A stretch of 64,000 nt of DNA from Candidatus Nanosyncoccus sp. Its GTDB lineage: Bacteria > Patescibacteriota > Saccharimonadia > Saccharimonadales > Saccharimonadaceae. Below the pieces are notes generated by a model that made no database searches, had not been told where the DNA came from, and was given only the letters and a program-made list of their open reading frames with translations. Positions 39,466 to 46,108 of this stretch are shown in pieces. The DNA lies in contig JAZUOY010000015.1 of assembly GCA_045604885.1 (NCBI GenBank), forward strand, positions 1,424 to 65,423, given 5' to 3'. Each line of letters starts with the position of its first letter. The first letter of the stretch is position 1. The translations under genes were made by a program, and so were the position numbers.

Positions 39466-40170
39466 CTATCTTTTTAGGCCAGCGTCTAAGTATTTTTTGA
39501 CATAATCCCATCCCCAATTATTGTCAAAGCCGCTAGTTGTGAAATTGCCAAATTTAAAATATGGTAGTCCGCCACCAATTAAATTCCAAGCGCGTTCGGT
39601 ATCCTCTGTTACTTTAGACAAGAGCTTGTGCTCAGAAATACAACTTTCAAAAGTCTCACTTAAACCGATCGACTGACCAATTTTCAGCCAGTAGTTATCT
39701 GGTAAATCTTCTATTGGTTCTGAGGTTTTTGATACGCCGATTCCTTGTGATTGATAATCATCCCAGAGTGCTGCCAGTGCAGCATGATAGTATTCCCAGA
39801 ATTTCCCCTCGTCTTTTGCGCAATAAATTGCTTCAGCGCTATTGCGGGACATTTCGCTATGATTTTCGCCGTATTCGTAGAGTATATCTGTTACGCGAAC
39901 TTCATATAAAATATCTTTCCCGACGATATAATCTTTTTGGAATTCGTCCTCATGCTTCATGATTGCGCGCGAAAAAGCGCTACAGTATGGACAGGCAAGA
40001 TCAGTATACATAATATAATAGTTTTTTGCATCTAATGCTCCGATAGTAGCGTTTTCGTCCCAGACACTATCTGAATGATTGGTCTTTGTAGAAGAGCTAT
40101 AAATAAATAATGCCACCAGCAAAACCGCAATAACACCAATAATAATCCATTTAATGGCTTTTTTCATCAT
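39466..40170 (-). CDS. Membrane-anchored DsbA/thioredoxin-fold protein; probable start 40170 or 40167
   Basis: YTDLACPYC active site, AEAIYCA, GGGLPYF; AAGGAGG RBS. Confidence 0.88.
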   Translation of the reverse strand: MMKKAIKWIIIGVIAVLLVALFIYSSSTKTNHSDSVWDENATIGALDAKNYYIMYTDLACPYCSAFSRAIMKHEDEFQKDYIVGKDILYEVRVTDILYEYGENHSEMSRNSAEAIYCAKDEGKFWEYYHAALAALWDDYQSQGIGVSKTSEPIEDLPDNYWLKIGQSIGLSETFESCISEHKLLSKVTEDTERAWNLIGGGLPYFKFGNFTTSGFDNNWGWDYVKKYLDAGLKR

Positions 40171-40795
40171 CCTCCTTTTTCTTCTGACGCCACTGTTCAT
40201 CTTTTATTATAACATAGCTCTCTACGCCAACCCTTTTGATTGACAGTAATAAGATGATAATTGCGACACCAGTTAAAATGCCTGATATTGCTCCGGCTAT
40301 CGCATAACTTCCACTAGAGAAAATAGAACCGATAATGGGCGTAATTAAGGCAGTGCCACAAGTAGGGCAGCCACTTCCAAGTAATGCAAGCCCAGCTGCA
40401 ATACCGGCGTTCTGCACAGATGAGGCAGAATCATTTTGTTCGTTTTGCTTAGGTTTGGTATTATTGAGTCGTTTTTTCCAGACTAGAACAATGAGAGAAA
40501 TAAGAGTTGCCTGTAAAAACGTAATAGAAAATAATAATAGCCAGTCCCAGAAAGTCTTGCCAACTCCAAAAAGTGATAAGAGGCTATCTCTTAAGATGGT
40601 AATTTTGCCTTCTAGATCGGTAGCGAAGAACAAATTAAGAGGTCCAAATCCGCCCGATAAGAGGCTAAGTAGGATACCAAATATTACAAAAACCATTAAA
40701 AAAACAATCCAGAAACGAAGTCTTCTAGTGGCAAGTATGATGCCGAGTATGGCAAGATGCCATTCATCACACCATTTTGCGATCTTTTTTTGCAT
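40151..40795 (-). CDS. Integral membrane protein with a CxxC motif (GCPTCG)
   Basis: Four hydrophobic segments; overlaps the DsbA-like gene. Confidence 0.8.
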   Translation of the reverse strand: MQKKIAKWCDEWHLAILGIILATRRLRFWIVFLMVFVIFGILLSLLSGGFGPLNLFFATDLEGKITILRDSLLSLFGVGKTFWDWLLLFSITFLQATLISLIVLVWKKRLNNTKPKQNEQNDSASSVQNAGIAAGLALLGSGCPTCGTALITPIIGSIFSSGSYAIAGAISGILTGVAIIILLLSIKRVGVESYVIIKDEQWRQKKKEDDEKSH

Positions 40796-40949
40796 AAACT
40801 TATTATAGCATCTAGAAGACTAACTTAGAAAAATATGGGAGATCAATTTAATTTCCTATAATAATATTAAAATTTGTCAAGGTGATTTTGTTTGGTTGCC
40901 TCTGTAAATTACAACAATTTTATATCATCAAAAATCTTAAAAATCAATA

Positions 40950-41089
40950 TTGACACAGTATTTGCTCATGCTAAAATAGAATTAGGGTAAGGGCGAAGTT
41001 GAGAGCCGTCTTTCACCCGTGGAGTTTCTAGCTTAGATCAGTTCACCTAGAAACGCAAAAAAGTGCACCCATAAAAAGGTGCATTTTTT
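40950..41089 (+). ncRNA. Candidate small RNA: promoter, two hairpins, terminator
   Basis: TTGACA (40950) and TG-TAAAAT (40972); stems 40985-40995/41007-41018 and 41024-41031/41047-41054; terminator 41057-41089; no ORF. Confidence 0.45.
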
Positions 41090-41144
41090 ATGAAAATAAC
41101 GACTAGCTATTGAAAAAAATCACAAAATGTGATATAATGAGAGT

Positions 41145-41876
41145 ATGGAACGCTTTTCTAGAGAAAAATACGAAGATTTTTTAAAAAAGATAGATTTAGC
41201 GAAATATCGAGAGAAGTATGCTAAGGTGAAGACTGTGGAGATGGATTTGCCATACGAAATTCAGGCTTTGCCAACAATTTATGCTGAGTACTGGGATAAC
41301 GTGAACCATAGAGAGGAACCACTTTCCTATGAGGAATATTACAAGTTATATTGGAATTCTTGTAAAGATGAGATTATGGCATTTCGTAAGAAAACTGGTT
41401 TTGGCGAAGATTGTGATTGTTATGAACGTGGCTTAGAAGCAAGAATCTATCGCACCTGGGCATCTTTAATTACTCAGATTCAGGGTGGATACGTAGCTGA
41501 GGAGGTTTTTGGCAAGGGAAGCGTCAGAATGAGCCCTGAGCTTGATCGTAAGAAAATTGATATTATGATCGTTAATAAGGATGGCAGTGAGCGTTTGCGG
41601 ATTCAAGTCAAAAAAGTTACTCATCGTCCAGAAATTGCCAGGATGCATAAGAATGTGAGAAATGAAAATGGTTCCGTAGATTTGTATTATGTAGTACCAT
41701 CTCCGCGTAATTATGAGCATCCGACCTATCTCATTAATGGTCGTAATCACAAAAGAGGCGAATTACGTCCATTTACGAAAGATTTCGTGAAATGGAATCC
41801 GGCGACCGCAACTATGGATAGACTAGATAATGGATTTATCATTTTCACAAAGAATGCTTTTTTGGGACTAGAATAA
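41145..41876 (+). CDS. TaqI-family type II restriction endonuclease
   Basis: KY..VKTVEMDLP, GLEARIYRT..S..TQ and PELD...ID...IQVKK match my recollection of TaqI-family motifs. Confidence 0.8.
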   Translation: MERFSREKYEDFLKKIDLAKYREKYAKVKTVEMDLPYEIQALPTIYAEYWDNVNHREEPLSYEEYYKLYWNSCKDEIMAFRKKTGFGEDCDCYERGLEARIYRTWASLITQIQGGYVAEEVFGKGSVRMSPELDRKKIDIMIVNKDGSERLRIQVKKVTHRPEIARMHKNVRNENGSVDLYYVVPSPRNYEHPTYLINGRNHKRGELRPFTKDFVKWNPATATMDRLDNGFIIFTKNAFLGLE

Positions 41877-43062
41877 TTTGGTAGTCGGGGCTTAGCCCCT
41901 TTTGCGTTAAAAAGGATCGTAGGCGATAGTCTAGAATTTGGTCAATGCTCGGTTTGATGCCCAGCTCCTGACATTTTTTGTAAGCAGTAGATTTTCGTGA
42001 GACAATCTCTGGGATTTGGACAAGGATATATTTATTATTGCGTCCATCTTCCAGGTTGGTCTCGTAAACTGCTTGACCAGTTGATCCAGACCCAGCAAAA
42101 AAATCTAAAATGATAGAGTTAGAAGTATTAGTCATGCGAATAAAATATTTTAGCATTTCTACTGGCTTCGGAGTATCAAAAATCCCTTGTAATCCTAATC
42201 TTTTGAGGTCATGTGTGCCTTGCCGTGAATAAAAATTAAGAATTGATGGAACATTATCTTCACTTTCTGTAAGGTATTTGATGGCGTAAGGGCGACCGTT
42301 TTTGAAATTGAGGCGATGTTTTTTCGCAAGTTCTATAAAATGTTCATCGGTAGCCCACCCTCTTGTCGGTAAAGGACTGAGGTGAAGATTGATAGACGGA
42401 ATATCGACTGCTCGGGGGGTACTAGGAGTAGAAAGATCTACGGCGAAAAAAATCCTACCCTTGTTATCTAACTGTGAATAATTTCTCAGCCACGTGATGT
42501 TTTGCTCATGACAGATAGACTTGATTCGTTTCGTAAGAGTTTTTTCTGCAGCGGATCTGCCTTGTTGCTTGAAAATAGTTTTAATTTCATTTTGAAGATC
42601 ATTGATCATTTGTTTTTGCTCCGGAATATCCGTGCGATGTACTATAAATTTCCGAATATTCTTCCTGTTTTTTGCATAACAGAGGACATATTCATGAACG
42701 GTGTTAATTAATTTGGAGTTACTACGCTGAGCTTGTTTGGTGATAAAGGTGCCAATAAAATTTTCGCTTCCAAAAACGCCATCACAGCAGATTCTCAGAT
42801 GAGGAAATTCGTTATCGTCTATAGAAATTAAAATCACCGCATCATCCGCCATGAGTCTTCGAGCTGCCTCTAAACGTGCGTGTATAAAAGCGACCCAATC
42901 ATTGCTGGTATTCTTATCTTTGTAGCTTTTCTGGGTCTGAGTATTATATGGTGGGTCGATGTAGATTAAGTGAATTGCATTCTGGTATTTCGTTAAAAAA
43001 TCAGAATCTTGCATTACATCAAGATTGTCTCCAATATAGACTTCATGATTAAGCGATTTCAT
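41845..43062 (-). CDS. Beta-class (Mod-like) amino DNA methyltransferase; probable start 43062
   Basis: IYIDPPYN precedes TPKP and LDFFAGSGSTG; convergent with and overlapping the REase. Confidence 0.92.
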   Translation of the reverse strand: MKSLNHEVYIGDNLDVMQDSDFLTKYQNAIHLIYIDPPYNTQTQKSYKDKNTSNDWVAFIHARLEAARRLMADDAVILISIDDNEFPHLRICCDGVFGSENFIGTFITKQAQRSNSKLINTVHEYVLCYAKNRKNIRKFIVHRTDIPEQKQMINDLQNEIKTIFKQQGRSAAEKTLTKRIKSICHEQNITWLRNYSQLDNKGRIFFAVDLSTPSTPRAVDIPSINLHLSPLPTRGWATDEHFIELAKKHRLNFKNGRPYAIKYLTESEDNVPSILNFYSRQGTHDLKRLGLQGIFDTPKPVEMLKYFIRMTNTSNSIILDFFAGSGSTGQAVYETNLEDGRNNKYILVQIPEIVSRKSTAYKKCQELGIKPSIDQILDYRLRSFLTQKGLSPDYQIILVPKKHSL

Positions 43063-43102
43063 TAAGGTCATTATAACAAAAAAGGTCTATTGCGACCAAT
43101 TT

Positions 43103-43187
43103 TGGTAGCCGAGACGGGACTTGAACCCGTATGAATTTCTTCATTCGATTTTAAGTCGAACGCGTATACCAATTCCGCCACTCGGCC
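43103..43187 (-). tRNA. tRNA-Leu (TAA)
   Basis: Anticodon arm TTCGA-CTTAAAA-TCGAA, long variable arm, CCA end. Confidence 0.96.
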
Positions 43188-43440
43188 AATTTTGCTTGGA
43201 GGACTATTCAACCCAAATGTTGAACCATCCCTTATTATTTTATCAGAATATCTTTGTAGTGACAAGTCGGCGGAGTTAATGGAATATACTCCTCTCTCTA
43301 GAATAGAGGTGGAAAGGGCTAGGGCGATGGAGGATTATGTCTTATAACGTACCAACTAAAACCTAATTAAACCATTTGTTACCTAGCATAGTTCTCCCAC
43401 GTCTCTCTCAAGCGCCCGAAGGGCGCTGTATTGGTTAGCC

Positions 43441-43579
43441 TGGTGAAATCGGGCGCTCATCAAACCCGTTTGTTTGGAATGATAGTGTATATCTAATACT
43501 GGAGATTACTTTGGTTGGAGTGCGGTCCTCTTCACAGGCAGGTATTGTCTTTTTAATGGTGAAATCGGGCGCTCATCAA
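43441..43579 (+). repeat. 23-bp direct repeat tggtgaaatcgggcgctcatcaa (43441-43463 / 43557-43579)
   Basis: Exact match at 116-bp period; weaker similarity continues for about 25 bp. Confidence 0.93.
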
Positions 43580-43844
43580 GCCCTTCCTGTTTAGATATAT
43601 GAGTATACCCTACCTAGGGACTCCCAGGCTACCCCGTTTAGGACGAAATACGTGCCTTATTTGCTAGCATCTTTGGTGATTTCGTCTGGTAGTATCACTC
43701 GTGTAGTTTCTTTGGATTTATTTTACTAACAGATTAGTTCATATGATAGCAGGGTTTTCCCGCCCGGCCTGCTTTTAATTAAAACACTCTACCGCTAGCA
43801 TTGTTTCTCTGATGTTTTTTCTTGGTGGCTGTTGATGCTAGTGC

Positions 43845-43873
43845 TTGCCATGATTAAAATTATCTGGTATAAT
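43845..43873 (+). promoter_or_regulatory. Sigma70-type promoter
   Basis: TTGCCA-17 bp-TATAAT with a TGn extension. Confidence 0.8.
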
Positions 43874-43881
43874 CATGGCAT

Positions 43882-44003
43882 CATCCAATTCCCACATTTA
43901 CAACTCAAACGGTAACCCAGAGACCTACATAGCGTCCAGAAAGGATGTCACGTAGGTACATAGGGCACTATGCTCTAGGTTACCGAAAAGTGGGAGTTGG
44001 ATG
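43882..44003 (+). ncRNA. Candidate structured RNA / leader (multibranch)
   Basis: Nested stems 43882-43895/43990-44003, 43910-43922/43973-43985, 43923-43928/43952-43957, 43959-43963/43968-43972. Confidence 0.6.
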
Positions 44004-44053
44004 CTAACACCTCGTGGCATCCTTTTTGTGGATGTTGCAGAAAGAAGGATACT

Positions 44054-44887
44054 ATGCAAGACCACAGCGATAATCAACAACCCCAGCCTTACCGAGTCAG
44101 AGTTGGCTGTTTCGTGACACTTAGAAACAATGATGATAATCGCGTCACTAAGTATAAAGTAGTAAGGTCGCTATACTCGTCAAATAATGCGTGGGCGGAA
44201 ACAAGCATTAAGGAGACTCCTACTTCTGGGAGTCTTTCTGTAAGTTCCCCACTTGGAGCTAGTCTGATTGGAAAAAAAGCTGGTGACATTGTTGGCAAAT
44301 ACAAAGTCATGCTAATAGAAGGTGGCGACCATGTAGTGCAAAATATTCAAGACTCGTATGAGCAGGATACCGCTGATAAAGCTAATAAGCTAAAAATGCT
44401 ATTGGAAAAGATACGGTCTGGAGAATGGGTCAAAGCATACGTTACGCGCATTCATCACGTCTGCATCCCAGTCAAAACTCGTCGCGCCAACATTAAGACC
44501 TCATTCCTTCCTGACGGTGTTATGGAGTCTATCGTTATATCGAACATGGCAGCCGAGGCAACAAATCTCTATAGGATAGATTTGTTTCTCTATCTCGACG
44601 ATGACCATGAAATTGGTGCCATGGCGGAAATGCTAATTGAGCGAGACACAGTGAGTGTTCTATGTAGCGACGTTCATAATCCATTGCCAAAAAATTGCTT
44701 AAACGAGAATTATGATTATGTCGTTGCTGATGAACAATCCTCTGAAGAGGGGATGGAATTAGTTCATGGTTTAGAAGTAAAATTATCGCCTGAAGACAGT
44801 AGCTTCACATGTAGGACCGCGCCTCACTCGACAACTAATCACCACTACATGAGAATAGTCCACGAGGACAGTTGTGAGTGTTATTAG
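44054..44887 (+). CDS. Protein with an N-terminal GreA/GreB C-terminal-like domain plus an unknown domain; probable start 44054
   Basis: VRVGCFVTL...LSVSSPLGASLIGKKAGDIV; aagga RBS before ATG 44054. Confidence 0.7.
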   Translation: MQDHSDNQQPQPYRVRVGCFVTLRNNDDNRVTKYKVVRSLYSSNNAWAETSIKETPTSGSLSVSSPLGASLIGKKAGDIVGKYKVMLIEGGDHVVQNIQDSYEQDTADKANKLKMLLEKIRSGEWVKAYVTRIHHVCIPVKTRRANIKTSFLPDGVMESIVISNMAAEATNLYRIDLFLYLDDDHEIGAMAEMLIERDTVSVLCSDVHNPLPKNCLNENYDYVVADEQSSEEGMELVHGLEVKLSPEDSSFTCRTAPHSTTNHHYMRIVHEDSCECY

Positions 44888-45467
44888 TGTTTTTGGAAAA
44901 ACGGAATACGCAAGTAGTAGCACGATTGGCGTCGCTATGTTTTTCGGTATACTTGCAACAGTTTTTTTATTTTTCCTAGCTAGCTCTAAAAACCACAACA
45001 AAACGACTAGAAATAGAAAGCACAACACCTTTGTGTATCGACCTCGCTCGATCAATGATGTACAGGAGCACCAGAGAATTAGACGCTGGGAGATAAAGCG
45101 CGCTGCTTTTGAGGAACAAAAGAAAACACCATTCTTCAAAGACTGGAAGCGCGAGCAATATCAGTGTCAATATGGTAAGTGTGCTTGGTGTAGGAAGTCG
45201 ATAGACCTTCATTCGCCCGATACCCAAGTCGATCATATTAAGCCATTGATGTGGTGGGGGACTAATGAGTACGATAACTTGGTTCTAGCTTGTAAAGAAT
45301 GTAATGAGGAAAAAGGCGATAGTCAATTTGGCTGGGCTGGTGCTAAAGGCATGCCTGGCGAGAATAGAAAACCAGCCTGGATTAGGCCTAATAGATGCTG
45401 TAGAAATTTCAAAGAGCAGAACTCTCAGACAGTATCATATACTACTCTGAACTCAGACAAGCCTTAG
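44874..45467 (+). CDS. Membrane-anchored HNH endonuclease
   Basis: N-terminal TM helix; CAWC...VDHIKP...GTNEYDNLVLACKECNEEKG. Confidence 0.88.
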   Translation: MSVISVFGKTEYASSSTIGVAMFFGILATVFLFFLASSKNHNKTTRNRKHNTFVYRPRSINDVQEHQRIRRWEIKRAAFEEQKKTPFFKDWKREQYQCQYGKCAWCRKSIDLHSPDTQVDHIKPLMWWGTNEYDNLVLACKECNEEKGDSQFGWAGAKGMPGENRKPAWIRPNRCCRNFKEQNSQTVSYTTLNSDKP

Positions 45468-45569
45468 AGAGCCTCTTATGGCCTCACAGAGGGTGTTTTG
45501 ACGGGGTGTTTTTGAGGTTGTCTTTCTCTTCGGAGGCTTTAGCCGACGAAAGCGCGTTAGCGCTTGCCC

Positions 45570-45598
45570 TTGCCTTAGTGTTTTAGACTTGATACAAT
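45570..45598 (+). promoter_or_regulatory. Sigma70-type promoter with no downstream ORF
   Basis: TTGCCT-17 bp-TACAAT with a TGn extension. Confidence 0.72.
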
Positions 45599-45604
45599 GA
45601 AGTC

Positions 45605-45990
45605 CTACACAACGGTATCAGGTAAGGAACGCTGGTACTGTGCTAGCTGAAATAATGCTAGGAGGAAACGCACCTTCCCGTGGTGGGCTGGCTAATGATT
45701 TCCTCGGATAGGTTGCCCATTGCTAAAACAGCCTTGATGGTAGCAGTAATGCCTGGACTAGTAGGCATGAAGTATCATCTGCCACACTATTGTAGCAAAA
45801 GGCGGACAATGGTTTTAGCGAATAATCCGATTCCAAGCCTGACGAAAGCAGGTTGCCGATGGACCTTCTAGCTGCCTTGGCACTAGGTCTGTAGGCAGAG
45901 GGATTATTTGCTATGCCAAAAAAAGCTAGCATAAATACAGGCGAGCAACATGAAGCTGGGAGAAACCTCGGCAAGCTGGTGACCTACCTT
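45605..45990 (+). ncRNA. Candidate large structured ncRNA (~385 nt)
   Basis: About ten stems, many with G-U pairs, downstream of a clean promoter; no credible ORF. Confidence 0.55.
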
Positions 45991-46108
45991 AAGTCTATAG
46001 AAGAGAAAAATATAACGCGATTCAAGGGTGATTCTTCCAGTAGTATGGTTGAGCCTGTTAGCGGCATCACAATTCTCTTTTAGAAGTGTTTCTGGTATAA
46101 TGATGGTA

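Noticed and set aside
43441-43579. CRISPR array
   Set aside because: Only two repeat copies, a 93-bp gap, and no cas genes
43845-44053. Retron msr-msd or c-di-GMP riboswitch
   Set aside because: There are terminal inverted repeats but no RT gene; only the GGUUACCG fragment resembles c-di-GMP-I and the rest of that consensus is absent
44874-45467. IscB/HEARO (OMEGA) nuclease
   Set aside because: The protein is short, has a TM helix, and shows no PLMP, RuvC or bridge helix
45790-45805. Bridge-RNA-like guide match to attB (agcaaaa, aggcg)
   Set aside because: Matches are only 5-7 nt and expected by chance; this needs covariation evidence
45605-45990. Group I/II intron, RNase P RNA, hammerhead, or fluoride riboswitch
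   Set aside because: Isolated look-alike words (GAGGAAA, CUGACGA, GCUAAUGA) lack their required partner motifs (P7/S, domain V, GUCC...ACAGAA, stem II-GAAA, P1)
46028-46108. GTG-initiated extension of the recombinase
   Set aside because: It runs through the gene's own TATAAT box; ATG 46109 places the catalytic YxRxS motif near the N-terminus as usual
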